From IMG/VR virus record IMGVR_UViG_3300020159_000747, positions 1 through 56,449 of that record: a DNA stretch of 56,449 bases; one strand, given 5' to 3'. The stretch comes from a virus (taxonomy: Duplodnaviria; Caudoviricetes). The notes beneath the pieces were generated by a model. The model searched no databases and had not been told where the DNA came from. It worked only from the letters and a program-made list of their open reading frames with translations. The translations under genes and the position numbers were made by a program. This document shows positions 16,827 through 26,026 of the stretch, one piece after another (position 1 is the first letter of the stretch; each line of letters opens with the position of its first letter).

Positions 16827-17002
16827 GAGCCTATTTTTCCTTCGCCTTCTACCTTATACCCTGTTGCTGCAGCTTGGGATTTTGCATGCTCAGGGCTTTT
16901 AGACATAAAAGTATGTGAGCCAGACCAACTGCCGTCTTTTGATGACATTTGAAAAGTAACAGGAACCTGACCTTTTTTAAAATCTTCGTTGTTACGTGGC
17001 AT
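16823..17002 (-). CDS. Small hypothetical protein (59 aa)
   Basis: MPRNNEDFKKGQVPV...; AGGAGG RBS; coupled on both sides. Confidence 0.6.
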   Translation of the reverse strand: MPRNNEDFKKGQVPVTFQMSSKDGSWSGSHTFMSKSPEHAKSQAAATGYKVEGEGKIGS

Positions 17003-17391
17003 TATACAGAGCCTCCTAATGTGTTGCGGCTTGTTGATTGTGTAGTGTTAGGGGTATTGGAGTAGTCAGACTCTACACGCTGACCAACCTGGTTTTCGTT
17101 TCTACCAGGTAGTTCAATTATATCTTGAATACCAATTTCCTCAGTTACATATCCATATCTCTCTGGAAATAACTTTATCTGGGGTAGATTTGGTCTTACT
17201 AATTCTTGTAGTTCCGCACCACTCATGGTCCATGTTGCCAAGGATTGGTTAAGTAAGCGGTCTTGATTAGATTGAAAAGGTCCTAGGTATTCCTGTGGGG
17301 GAAACGCCGCTTCTTCTGGAGTATTGACTCCAGCGCGGTCTTTATCCCACGGCTTGTGACCATAGACACCATCTGCGTATTTACCTGGCAT
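17002..17391 (-). CDS. Hypothetical protein
   Basis: 129 aa, Pro/Gln/Thr-rich. Confidence 0.7.
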   Translation of the reverse strand: MPGKYADGVYGHKPWDKDRAGVNTPEEAAFPPQEYLGPFQSNQDRLLNQSLATWTMSGAELQELVRPNLPQIKLFPERYGYVTEEIGIQDIIELPGRNENQVGQRVESDYSNTPNTTQSTSRNTLGGSV

Positions 17392-17394
17392 ATT

Positions 17395-17940
17395 TTACTT
17401 CCATTGTGGTCGCATACGCGACATCTGCTCTTGGCGTACCTTGTTAATGTTAACAGGTGAATCGCTTTTAACAGTTGGACCCGCTTTACCGTCGTTAGGA
17501 AGGTGTGGAGCAGGTACCAAGTTGTAGGCTTCGACGTGACGCTTGACCTTGTATACGTTTCCCTCTTTAGCTGCTTGCATCTGTCGAGCGATGCCTCTTG
17601 TGTTTTCTAAACCTGCGGGATAGTAATAATCAGACTGGTCAATACGTTCACCACGGTGAACACCGCGTTGGTATGAACGTTGAGTGACACGAGTCTTTAG
17701 ACTGTCAAGTACATTTTCTGATGTTCCGTTTGGTTTGCCACGGCCACGGTCATCACGTCGTGTACGAATAGTTCCAAGATATCCGTCTGGATACTCGGCT
17801 TGCGGTACGCGGCCGACACCCATACGCACGAAATCCATCTCGCTACGTGCAACAGGAGTTCCACCTCCACCATAATTGGTGTAGGTGCCCTGCATACCTG
17901 CAGCGCCTAGATTTTGTGTGTTTTGGTGTGGGCCAGCCAT
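17395..17940 (-). CDS. Hypothetical Gly/Arg-rich protein
   Basis: 181 aa; EYPDGYLGTI, RSYQRGVHRGERID; leaderless start. Confidence 0.7.
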   Translation of the reverse strand: MAGPHQNTQNLGAAGMQGTYTNYGGGGTPVARSEMDFVRMGVGRVPQAEYPDGYLGTIRTRRDDRGRGKPNGTSENVLDSLKTRVTQRSYQRGVHRGERIDQSDYYYPAGLENTRGIARQMQAAKEGNVYKVKRHVEAYNLVPAPHLPNDGKAGPTVKSDSPVNINKVRQEQMSRMRPQWK

Positions 17941-17963
17941 ACCTCAATCATACGCCTGTATGT

Positions 17964-18995
17964 TTAGACGGTCGCCTTAAACTCTTTACCCTCGTAAATA
18001 GCTTCGCCATCCATAATATGAATAGGTTGCAAGGTGAAATGGCCGTCATCTTCATGGACCCAGCCAATCATAATTCCCTGCTGCCAATCTTCCCAGTGTT
18101 TAACTGGTCGTCCCTGGTCATTTAAACCAGAACCATATGAAGGAACAGCACCATCTACACGGCATAGGCATCCTGGTGACGCTGATACTGAACGGATAGG
18201 ACCATCGCCATTAGCCACAGTTTTGTACTGCATCTCTTGACGGTGAGCGTGACCAAACACTGTTGATACGTGTGGGTTTTTGTTTACATACGCTGAAGCG
18301 GTTGAACCACCAGAACGGACGGTAGTTCCGTGTACAGCACGAAGGTGTGGAGTAATCCAATATTCTCCTGCTGGGTAGGCTCCTACGTAATCAACTTTAA
18401 TTTCATCTAAGCGAAGTAGGTAAGGAATGGACATAACAGGCCAGTCTTCTGGGGTTGCGCCTGCGCGTTTAATCCCCTTAGATGCCATGGCGTTCATTGT
18501 TACATACTTCTGCATACGGCAATCGTGGTTACCTTCAATTAAAGTAATCTTTGCAGTTGGGCATGTAGCACGTTGCTTAGCTAGTAGTGCGTGACCGTAG
18601 TCAAGTGCTGGTTGCACAGTGTGTGCAAACATTTCTTCTTGCGCATACTTACCCATTGTTGGTAGGTCTAGGTAATCGCCAAGGTGCACAATTTCATCTA
18701 CTCCGTAGCGTTTTTCCATATATGCAAGCAACTGAAAATGAACATCAATTGCTGCTTCATCATGAAATGGGTCTAGTGTTCCGTCTTCATATTTGCGGTA
18801 ACCAATCTGTGGGTCGGGTACAAATACAAATAATTTAAATCCGTTTTTTGTTGCTTGCTTTTCTTTATATTCTGCTGGCTTAATAACTGTTGGCTTTGCT
18901 TGTTGTATTGGTGGCCAAGCCCAGTTAGTAGGAGCGACTTCCGCATCTACCATAGCCATGTCTAAAATATCGTTCAGGCTTAATTTTGTTGTCAT
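17964..18995 (-). CDS. Calcineurin-like metallophosphoesterase
   Basis: PDPQ, LGDYLD, GNHD, HG, GHAHR. Confidence 0.85.
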   Translation of the reverse strand: MTTKLSLNDILDMAMVDAEVAPTNWAWPPIQQAKPTVIKPAEYKEKQATKNGFKLFVFVPDPQIGYRKYEDGTLDPFHDEAAIDVHFQLLAYMEKRYGVDEIVHLGDYLDLPTMGKYAQEEMFAHTVQPALDYGHALLAKQRATCPTAKITLIEGNHDCRMQKYVTMNAMASKGIKRAGATPEDWPVMSIPYLLRLDEIKVDYVGAYPAGEYWITPHLRAVHGTTVRSGGSTASAYVNKNPHVSTVFGHAHRQEMQYKTVANGDGPIRSVSASPGCLCRVDGAVPSYGSGLNDQGRPVKHWEDWQQGIMIGWVHEDDGHFTLQPIHIMDGEAIYEGKEFKATV

Positions 18996-19294
18996 TAGGC
19001 ATTATCTCCGTTGTTTCTATAGCATGAGCATTTTCTTCTAAAGTGCATATAGAACGTTGTCTTTTCTAATGGAATCTCTGGATACACTTCTTTAATTGCA
19101 TAAAAATAATTAGAAATATCTACAAGAATTTTTGTTCCACCAAAAGCCTTATACATACGCTCTACTGTATCTTTATCGATAGTTGTTAACCATCTACCAC
19201 AGATACATGCACCTGCGCTTTTGCTTCTCTTTGGATTTGCCTCTAATTCTGTAAGCAAATCGCCCAGACTCTTTTTATCTGGCTCCTTAGGCAT
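18995..19294 (-). CDS. Small Cys/His protein, possibly DNA-binding
   Basis: CICGRW...HFRRKCSC. Confidence 0.65.
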   Translation of the reverse strand: MPKEPDKKSLGDLLTELEANPKRSKSAGACICGRWLTTIDKDTVERMYKAFGGTKILVDISNYFYAIKEVYPEIPLEKTTFYMHFRRKCSCYRNNGDNA

Positions 19295-19361
19295 TGGTTG
19301 TCCTTTCGCCCCGTCTCGTGTGTGATAGTAAGCGTATCATAAAGAATCAGTGGCGGTAAGT

Positions 19362-19453
19362 AAAGTAAACCCCCTGCTAAATATTTTATTTAGCAGGGGG
19401 TCACGGTACAAGAAGGGGGAGTCGTACTATAACAGGGTTACAGTACGTCTTGC
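19362..19453 (-). ncRNA. Candidate ~90-nt sRNA with CUCCCCCUU segment and its own terminator
   Basis: -10 TATTAT (19460-65); hairpin 19423-47; C-rich tract 19413-21; terminator 19369-19401. Confidence 0.5.
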
Positions 19454-19501
19454 AATCATATAATAACACTGGTGAACGTCAGTGGACGTCCACGGACAGC
19501 T

Positions 19502-20041
19502 TTATTTAATCTTGATTGTTTTTTCTTTTTTGCCTTCGGGAATGAGGCGCTCTAGCTCAATGATTAAGAAACCATCAGATAGTTTTGCGTCTCCTACAAT
19601 TACGTCGTCTGCAACTGCAAATTTCTGTACAAAATTACGTGTTGCAATACCCTTATATGAGTACTCCGCATCGTCTTCGCCGCGGTTGCCTTCGACTGTG
19701 ATGATGTTATCTTTGTAGGTAATCTTAACATCATCTTTCTTGAAACCCGCAATAGCAAGCTCAATTTCTGCCTTATTATCGGGCAGTGTCTTGATATTGT
19801 ACGGGGGGTAGTTGGACTTAATACGAACGTCTTCTAGGTTCTGGAAGAACTCTAAGTGGCGCTCAAACCCAAATGTCCATGGGTCTAGCATGTTGTGTAG
19901 CAGTTTAAATGGGTCTACGGAACGTTCTGCAGCTAGTTGGTAGCCATTAATAAGCTGTTGAGTTCCTGCTGGTATTTGCTTTGGTTGATGGGGCCACTGA
20001 TTTCTTTCATGTGGTGAGCCCATTGGGTAGCCTGAAGCCAT
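19502..20041 (-). CDS. hsp20: Small heat-shock protein Hsp20 (IbpA-like)
   Basis: NYPPYNI, ELAIAGF, YKGIATRNF, DGFLII, LIPEGKKEKTIKI. Confidence 0.92.
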   Translation of the reverse strand: MASGYPMGSPHERNQWPHQPKQIPAGTQQLINGYQLAAERSVDPFKLLHNMLDPWTFGFERHLEFFQNLEDVRIKSNYPPYNIKTLPDNKAEIELAIAGFKKDDVKITYKDNIITVEGNRGEDDAEYSYKGIATRNFVQKFAVADDVIVGDAKLSDGFLIIELERLIPEGKKEKTIKIK

Positions 20042-20137
20042 AATATATCTCCTTAGACGATATAAGTTAAGTGACCCTCGGTTGAGCGGTCATCTATAGT
20101 ATACAACAATCTAATATAAAATATATTCCTGAAATGC

Positions 20138-20163
20138 AAAAAGCCCCGCATATAGCGGGGCCT
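20138..20163 (-). terminator. Rho-independent terminator
   Basis: GCCCCGC-TATAT-GCGGGGC-TTTTT on the minus strand. Confidence 0.75.
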
Positions 20164-20177
20164 CTAGCTATTAAGTT

Positions 20178-20519
20178 TTAGTTGTTGCTGCCGTCTTTGA
20201 AGTTAGGGCGCTGACGATTAATGGCTGAGCTAAACATGCGGCCGTTACTCTGAGTAGCACCTGCTTCTGGAGCAACACTCTTCTGGAACTTAACACGAAT
20301 GCCGTAGCGAGCGCCACCGCGAGCGAGCTGTCCAAGAATGTTCTTACGTGCTGGCTTTGCCTGTGTATATGGGTCTGTTCCACCCTTAGCGTTACCAGTC
20401 TTCTTCACAAGTGTTCCCTTTACAGGCTTAGCAACTTGTGGCTTTGAACCTGCAGCGTTTGATGGTTCCGCAGATGTCGGAGCAATCGGTGCTGAGTTCT
20501 TAGTTGAGTCTTTTTTCAT
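20178..20519 (-). CDS. Basic low-complexity hypothetical protein
   Basis: 113 aa, AAGGA RBS. Confidence 0.65.
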   Translation of the reverse strand: MKKDSTKNSAPIAPTSAEPSNAAGSKPQVAKPVKGTLVKKTGNAKGGTDPYTQAKPARKNILGQLARGGARYGIRVKFQKSVAPEAGATQSNGRMFSSAINRQRPNFKDGSNN

Positions 20520-20580
20520 ATGGTTTCCTTTGGCCTTAGGAGTACTAACAGAGTATCTCTATTGGGGTAGAAATGCAGGG

Positions 20581-20859
20581 TTAACTTGCTTTAACGTCAA
20601 AAACAATTGCTGAAATCTGACCATCGTGGCTATCAATGCTTGAGAAGCCAGGGATGCAGAGTAGGTCTAGACCTCGTGGGGCTGTGTATCCACGGGCAAT
20701 AGCAATAGCCTTGACTGCTTGGTTTACTGCGCCAGCTCCAACCGCACGAATTTTGCAAGTGCGTGTCTCATAAATGCTGTGTGCAATAGCTGATGCTACA
20801 GCTTGTGGGTTGCTTCCTGCGCCTACGCGTAGGATTTGTTCATCTTTTGGTTCGGACAT
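20581..20859 (-). CDS. spoVS: SpoVS-family protein
   Basis: LRVGAGSNPQAVASAIA...AVGAGAVNQAVKAIAIARG. Confidence 0.9.
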   Translation of the reverse strand: MSEPKDEQILRVGAGSNPQAVASAIAHSIYETRTCKIRAVGAGAVNQAVKAIAIARGYTAPRGLDLLCIPGFSSIDSHDGQISAIVFDVKAS

Positions 20860-20911
20860 GTGTACCTCGGTTTACGAATAGTGTGGAACCCCGTAGATAC
20901 AATTATGCAGT

Positions 20912-21133
20912 CTAAATTAAAGTTGGTCTGTCTAAAGGCGTGGGAGCCTTGGCATAGCTGCCGCAGACGGAACACTCCATATCCAGCAAATACTGGGCTA
21001 ACTCGTAATCTTGAAAACTAGCCTTTATGTTCCACAGACTGGACTCACAGTTAGGGCATTCATGGCAAATCTGGTCTGCATACTCCATAGTGCCTGTGTA
21101 ATCAGGCTTTAGTTCTCTAATTCCCTTTACCAT
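20912..21133 (-). CDS. Zinc-ribbon protein
   Basis: CPNC...CSVC...APTPLD. Confidence 0.65.
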   Translation of the reverse strand: MVKGIRELKPDYTGTMEYADQICHECPNCESSLWNIKASFQDYELAQYLLDMECSVCGSYAKAPTPLDRPTLI

Positions 21134-21350
21134 GGCGACATCCGCTAAAATCTGCAATAACTCTGTAGGCAACTTCCATATAAACTGAGGATGTTGTAGC
21201 TAGGTCTTCTGGATGATGTAATGCACCCTTGGCATGCCCCCAATTAGAGTTTAAATACTCCCTAAGTCCGAGGGTGAGACGGTCTACAAACTCATCAGAG
21301 GTCATCCAGCCATCTTCTAATAGGTCCGTATGCTTATGCCTCTTTGCCAT
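21117..21350 (-). CDS. Hypothetical protein
   Basis: 77 aa. Confidence 0.6.
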   Translation of the reverse strand: MAKRHKHTDLLEDGWMTSDEFVDRLTLGLREYLNSNWGHAKGALHHPEDLATTSSVYMEVAYRVIADFSGCRHGKGN

Positions 21351-21579
21351 CTAGGCCCCACTCCTTTTTTATATTATGGATTAGGGTTAGGTTATCTTCA
21401 ATCTCTTTATCAATAAGGGCAATTTCTTCTTCTGACATCTTGTCTTTGTTGTCATTATAAAACTGTAAACCAGCGTTAAAGTTAGACTCAAAAACTGCTA
21501 GTTGAGCTGTACGGCGTTTCTTAATAAACTCTTTTTGTTCAGCCATACGTGCCGCTCTCTTGTCTTGCGTCTTACTCAT
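21334..21579 (-). CDS. Hypothetical protein
   Basis: 81 aa, AAGGAG RBS. Confidence 0.65.
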   Translation of the reverse strand: MSKTQDKRAARMAEQKEFIKKRRTAQLAVFESNFNAGLQFYNDNKDKMSEEEIALIDKEIEDNLTLIHNIKKEWGLDGKEA

Positions 21580-21715
21580 TTACGTTCTCCTTAGCCCAAT
21601 CAACCCATTCAAGGGATAACTCAGCAATATCAATAGTTTCACTGTAACCCTGTTCGTGAAGGTGCTCGATAAAATCATCGTCTGCAACTAATACTGGTAA
21701 ACCTTTGTAGTTCAT
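21572..21715 (-). CDS. Small hypothetical protein (47 aa)
   Basis: MNYKGLPVLVADDDFIEHL...; GGAGG RBS. Confidence 0.55.
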   Translation of the reverse strand: MNYKGLPVLVADDDFIEHLHEQGYSETIDIAELSLEWVDWAKENVNE

Positions 21716-21882
21716 CCTTGGCCTCCCCAGCCTCCGCCTTTAAACTGCACTGATGGTGGTGTGTAAGACTTAATCATAAATTCTCCGCAACTTTCGCAGG
21801 TAGGGCGTTGTGTGGCATCAAATGCAAAGTGCATTTCTACTGTACGGTCACAGTTCATACATGTAAAATCATACTTTGGCAT
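21712..21882 (-). CDS. FmdB-family zinc-ribbon protein
   Basis: MPKYDFTCMNC...CESCG...VQFKGGGW. Confidence 0.8.
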   Translation of the reverse strand: MPKYDFTCMNCDRTVEMHFAFDATQRPTCESCGEFMIKSYTPPSVQFKGGGWGGQG

Positions 21883-22433
21883 CAGCCTACCTTTTCTTGT
21901 TCTATTACGTGAAATGGCCCTGAGGTATAAGCGTCTAGTTTTTCTGCAATTTCTAATGCCTCTTCGGCTTTAGCACCAGCATGAAGCGCTCCTAAAGCAT
22001 ATGCTGAGCCATTACCTACGGCATATAACCCGTCTTGAGAACGAGTTACCGAAAGGTCATCACTAATATCAAAAATCTCACCGCCAACGGCAATGAGAAA
22101 ATGGAAACGCTGCTCGTTTGTGTTTTTATCGCGCTCTTCTTCAAAGTTATAGCCGTTATCTTTTAAACATTTACGTAAAGACGGAACAACTTTAGTAATG
22201 GCAAAATGATAGACGTCTTTTCTATGTGCTGCTGTTAGCTTAGGTGGGTTCCAAATGTGCTGTGCAATATCGCAAGGATTAACCTCACCAGAGCCAGCTA
22301 TAAGAAGGTCTCCACGTTGAGAAATTTTTACCATCTGGGAATGCCTTTGAATACGCCCATCAGGGTCGGTCACCTGACTGTCTGCACCTAATACGCATTT
22401 ATCTTCGTATTGAACACCAACAATTGTTGTCAT
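21882..22433 (-). CDS. Proteasome-beta / HslV-like Ntn-hydrolase peptidase
   Basis: MTTIVGV...GADSQVT...VKI...AGSG...AVGNGSAYALGAL...DAYTSGP. Confidence 0.82.
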   Translation of the reverse strand: MTTIVGVQYEDKCVLGADSQVTDPDGRIQRHSQMVKISQRGDLLIAGSGEVNPCDIAQHIWNPPKLTAAHRKDVYHFAITKVVPSLRKCLKDNGYNFEEERDKNTNEQRFHFLIAVGGEIFDISDDLSVTRSQDGLYAVGNGSAYALGALHAGAKAEEALEIAEKLDAYTSGPFHVIEQEKVG

Positions 22434-22996
22434 TATCGTTCCCTATGTTTGACGTCTTGTAGTTTATCGTACACATCTTTTTCATACGTTAATTCATGCT
22501 TGCCAGAAACCACCCTAGCTAGGGAGTAGGAATCTGCGGCGTTGTCGTCCGTGAATTCTACACCCCACTTCTTATAAATGTGAAGTAACATCTGGTTCTT
22601 TTGTATACCTGTTCCCTTGCCTGTCACATACTTCTTTAGGCTGGTAGGCGGTACTAGTAAGGGGTAATGCCCAGCCTCATGACATTCAAGCTTAACCATA
22701 CCTCCTAACTCACCTAAATGGAACACTCTTCCTGAGCCTGCGTAAGCGTAATCTTCCATAGCTACATCTAATATCTTGATGGGCATATCAAATAGGACAT
22801 TACTAAGAAATAGCCTAATTTCTACTAAACGGTCTATACCTCGTAAATCAGATTTAAACACTTTAGTAAAAAAAGTGTTGTCATCTCCTAACAGGGTTAT
22901 AGCAAATCCACTATATGACTGGTCTATGCCTACATACACTGGAACAGGGCTACTGCCTGCGAGGTCGAGACCTCCATCAAAATTTTTAATGGTCAT
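22433..22996 (-). CDS. ruvC: RuvC-like Holliday junction resolvase
   Basis: VGIDQS, VAMEDY, LGELGG, PTSLKKYVTGKG, DNAADS. Confidence 0.85.
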   Translation of the reverse strand: MTIKNFDGGLDLAGSSPVPVYVGIDQSYSGFAITLLGDDNTFFTKVFKSDLRGIDRLVEIRLFLSNVLFDMPIKILDVAMEDYAYAGSGRVFHLGELGGMVKLECHEAGHYPLLVPPTSLKKYVTGKGTGIQKNQMLLHIYKKWGVEFTDDNAADSYSLARVVSGKHELTYEKDVYDKLQDVKHRER

Positions 22997-23484
22997 GGTA
23001 CAAATCTATTTCCCATCATCCGACTGCTAGATGTACGTCGGGTTAGCTCACGACTTGTCAACGAGTAGTAACGTTCTAGGTTTTCTAACGCAGTCTCCAA
23101 CAGCTTTCTATATGCGTGGGCATAGTTCTTTGCTTTGTCTAAAACCATGATGTAATCATCGGTAGCAACAGCTGCCTTTAACATGACGGCTTTTTCTGTG
23201 CTCTTACCAGTGGTTTTCATTAGCAACCCTTTAGCAACCTCAAGGTCATAGGAGTTCGTGGCCTCTAACTCCGCAAGGTTAGCGCAGGCTACCTGGGTAC
23301 GTAAGAAGTTTAAGTTCTCCATATATTTACCAGCCATAACCATTAGTTCTTGGTCATCAACCAGAGTAATATCCGCTGGAAACTCGGGTGGTTGGATGTT
23401 CATTGAGCGTTTTAATGGCAGCCCTTGGGACTCCAACTGTTGTAGGACAATCTCGCTGATGCCTGTTGCTACTATCTCACTCAT
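22993..23484 (-). CDS. Helical hypothetical protein (possible recombination mediator)
   Basis: 163 aa coiled-coil-like protein within the recombination cluster. Confidence 0.55.
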   Translation of the reverse strand: MSEIVATGISEIVLQQLESQGLPLKRSMNIQPPEFPADITLVDDQELMVMAGKYMENLNFLRTQVACANLAELEATNSYDLEVAKGLLMKTTGKSTEKAVMLKAAVATDDYIMVLDKAKNYAHAYRKLLETALENLERYYSLTSRELTRRTSSSRMMGNRFVP

Positions 23485-24334
23485 TATAACCTCCGCACTT
23501 AGAACATCCGCCCCACTTGTCTAAATTACAAACAGGAGGGGTGTTGGTATTAATGGCTTCCATAATCATTGCTGCTGCCTCAAACATAGGGGCAATAGCA
23601 AAATCAGACTTAGGTACTACAAATTCCTTTACATCCTGTGATGCTTTGTTTTCGTATATAAGCACTGCTTCTCTTGGATAATCTGGCAACTCTAACAACT
23701 CAGCAAGCTTCATATAAATCTGTACTTGAGTAATGTGCTTAGCAAAAGGCTCTTTAATATCTGCCCAAATCTTTTCCATATTACCGCTGTGTTGTGCTAC
23801 TAACTCTGGGTTTTCCCAGCGGATAGTTCCAATACCTATGGATTTAACCTCTAGCATTAGTGGGTCACCTAGGTTTACTAACCATCCATCAGCATGACCT
23901 GAGATGCGTAGTGGCTCGTAGAACAATGGGACTTCACAATACTCAAGTGGGCCTTCGTGGCAATCAGAACCGCCAAAGAAGTACTCATCACAATCCTTGC
24001 AGTACCACTTGCCATACAGACAGTTCATTTCTTGGAACCACTTCTGCCATTTAGCGTGGATACCGTGTCCTTCAGCAAAAACAGACTGCAATCTAAGACT
24101 GTTAGTGCGATTACTTTCTAAGGGATGGTGGCCCTTTAACTGGAAGTAAGAAGCTCTGTAGCACCACTCACCGCTTGCCATCTCTGATGGATGCAGTACG
24201 TCAGTGCGACGACTCATGTCTTTTGGTTTAGAAAGTACATGTCTTTCTACTGAAGTTAATACTCTGCTTGGTTTTTTACCAGCATTTACAAAGTTCTTTA
24301 ATGCCCCCGAAGGCTTGTACTTAGGTTGTGTCAT
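23477..24334 (-). CDS. Cas4-like PD-(D/E)XK exonuclease
   Basis: HPSE..C, GHGIH, SGHADG, LEVKS, QVQIY, C-terminal Cys cluster. Confidence 0.8.
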   Translation of the reverse strand: MTQPKYKPSGALKNFVNAGKKPSRVLTSVERHVLSKPKDMSRRTDVLHPSEMASGEWCYRASYFQLKGHHPLESNRTNSLRLQSVFAEGHGIHAKWQKWFQEMNCLYGKWYCKDCDEYFFGGSDCHEGPLEYCEVPLFYEPLRISGHADGWLVNLGDPLMLEVKSIGIGTIRWENPELVAQHSGNMEKIWADIKEPFAKHITQVQIYMKLAELLELPDYPREAVLIYENKASQDVKEFVVPKSDFAIAPMFEAAAMIMEAINTNTPPVCNLDKWGGCSKCGGYNE

Positions 24335-24346
24335 ATTCAGACCCTA

Positions 24347-24664
24347 TCACACATCAAGGTCAAGCACCCATTCCTCAAGTGTTTTTCCTTGTTTCTTAGC
24401 TTTACGTTTTAACGCGTTACGTTCACGGTGAGACATACCGCCCCATATACCGTGCTGTTCATCCATTGACTCTGCGTATAACAAACACTCTTTACGTACA
24501 GGACACTCTGGCAAACCGTCCTTACCAAAGCAGACTGCTTTAGATACGGTTGCTACTTTTTTATACTTTGCTTTATCTCTTGGTGGATACCACAACTCAG
24601 TATCCATACCGCGACACTTGGCTTTATGTCTCCAGCCTTCTACGTGTCCGATGTCTTCGTGCAC
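24347..24664 (-). CDS. whiB: WhiB-family transcription factor
   Basis: WRHKAKC...VC...CPVRKECL...GIWGG..ER. Confidence 0.92.
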   Translation of the reverse strand: MHEDIGHVEGWRHKAKCRGMDTELWYPPRDKAKYKKVATVSKAVCFGKDGLPECPVRKECLLYAESMDEQHGIWGGMSHRERNALKRKAKKQGKTLEEWVLDLDV

Positions 24665-24984
24665 TCAATAAACTCCTGAAGTCTCTGGCGTAGTTCCAGA
24701 AAGTCATCTTCAGTTAGCATCACGTAATTTTCATTATTGAGACTGAAACCGAGGACAGGCATCCGACTGTCAAGAATTGCTTCTGTAACAATCTTTTCTA
24801 GAACCGTAGCTTTAATTGTTACGGTGGCTTTGCCAGTCCACTTGTGTTCTATTAACAAGTCTTTAGACCGAACATCACCTTTACGACTCCAAAATGCACC
24901 GCTGGCAGCTGTACGCTGACCACCAATAGCTTTTGCTAGTCGGTCCTCATGCTTCTTCGACTCCTTTTGTCCTTTACTCTTCAT
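24640..24984 (-). CDS. Hjc-like PD-(D/E)XK resolvase/endonuclease
   Basis: HEDRLA...SGA...GDV...LIEHK. Confidence 0.72.
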   Translation of the reverse strand: MKSKGQKESKKHEDRLAKAIGGQRTAASGAFWSRKGDVRSKDLLIEHKWTGKATVTIKATVLEKIVTEAILDSRMPVLGFSLNNENYVMLTEDDFLELRQRLQEFIECTKTSDT

Positions 24985-26026
24985 TCTCGGCTACCAGTTT
25001 GGAGCCTGCTTTGATGGAGTCAAGTACATCGCGTTCTAAAGTCTCTTTTAAATCAATTTCTTCCCGTATAGCGTCAAGCATAGCATCAGAACCCTGCCAC
25101 TGTCTATCCGCGTAACGATAGTAGGCACCAGCCCTGCTAATCACCTTGTTTAGTATGCCAATAGCAAGGATTTCTTTAGCAAAATCAATGTCGCCAGCAT
25201 GTAAACCATTGCCCTTTGAGAAGTAAAAGTCAAAGGTAGCCACCTGTGATGGTGGGGCTGACTTGTTCTTAATAACTCTGGCTTTAATACTCTGCCCTAC
25301 ACGACGTTTATCCTGACCAGTGCCTACTTCAATCCAGTCATCGCGACGGACTTCAATACGGGTAAAGAACGCATAATCTTTACCCAACCCACCTGGGGTA
25401 GTACGTGGGTCACCATACATGACACCAATCTTGGAACGCCACTGGTTAATAACAATACCAATAAACGGGCGCTCTTCTTCTGTAAGACTTCTTTTAGATG
25501 CTTTGCCTACCTTACGGAAAAACTTATTAGTTAGAAGGGCGCTACGACCTACAGTAGATTCCTCCATCTCCTTATCGTTTTCTGTTGTAGGGACCAAGGC
25601 AGGTAAAGAATCAAGAACAATACAATCGACCGCTTTACTTTCTGTAAGTTGGATGACAGATTCATATGCTTGCTCCATAACGTTAGTTGAAACTACGTAT
25701 ACACGAGTGGAATCTACGCCACACATTTCTGCGTATGTAGGAACCCACTGTTCTGCTGCTACCCACACTGTTGTAAACTCGGGGTCGCGCTTTTGATTAG
25801 CAGCAATAGTTTTTAATGCAATAGCAGTCTTACCATTACTAGCTTCACCAATGATTTCATGCCACTGGTTTACTGGCCACCCACCGCCTAATGCAACGTC
25901 CAGTGATACTGAGCCAGTTGTGTAACGCTGAGCAACATCAGTCTTAATGTCAGACCCGAGAATGATGGTGTCATCCCCGTACTTCTTGTTAATATTCTTT
26001 AAGACTTTTATTAGCTCTGCATTCAT
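24974..26026 (-). CDS. recA: RecA recombinase
   Basis: TGSVSLDVALGGG, GEASNGKT, VLDSL, INQWR, YGDPRTTPGG, KNK. Confidence 0.92.
   Translation of the reverse strand: MNAELIKVLKNINKKYGDDTIILGSDIKTDVAQRYTTGSVSLDVALGGGWPVNQWHEIIGEASNGKTAIALKTIAANQKRDPEFTTVWVAAEQWVPTYAEMCGVDSTRVYVVSTNVMEQAYESVIQLTESKAVDCIVLDSLPALVPTTENDKEMEESTVGRSALLTNKFFRKVGKASKRSLTEEERPFIGIVINQWRSKIGVMYGDPRTTPGGLGKDYAFFTRIEVRRDDWIEVGTGQDKRRVGQSIKARVIKNKSAPPSQVATFDFYFSKGNGLHAGDIDFAKEILAIGILNKVISRAGAYYRYADRQWQGSDAMLDAIREEIDLKETLERDVLDSIKAGSKLVAENEE

Noticed and set aside
20042-20100. RNA thermometer in the hsp20 leader
   Set aside because: Hairpins exist, but the SD lies mostly in a loop and no ROSE or fourU motif is evident.
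23477-24334. CRISPR-Cas locus suggested by the Cas4-like gene
   Set aside because: No repeat-spacer array or other cas genes were seen; stand-alone Cas4-like nucleases are common in phages.
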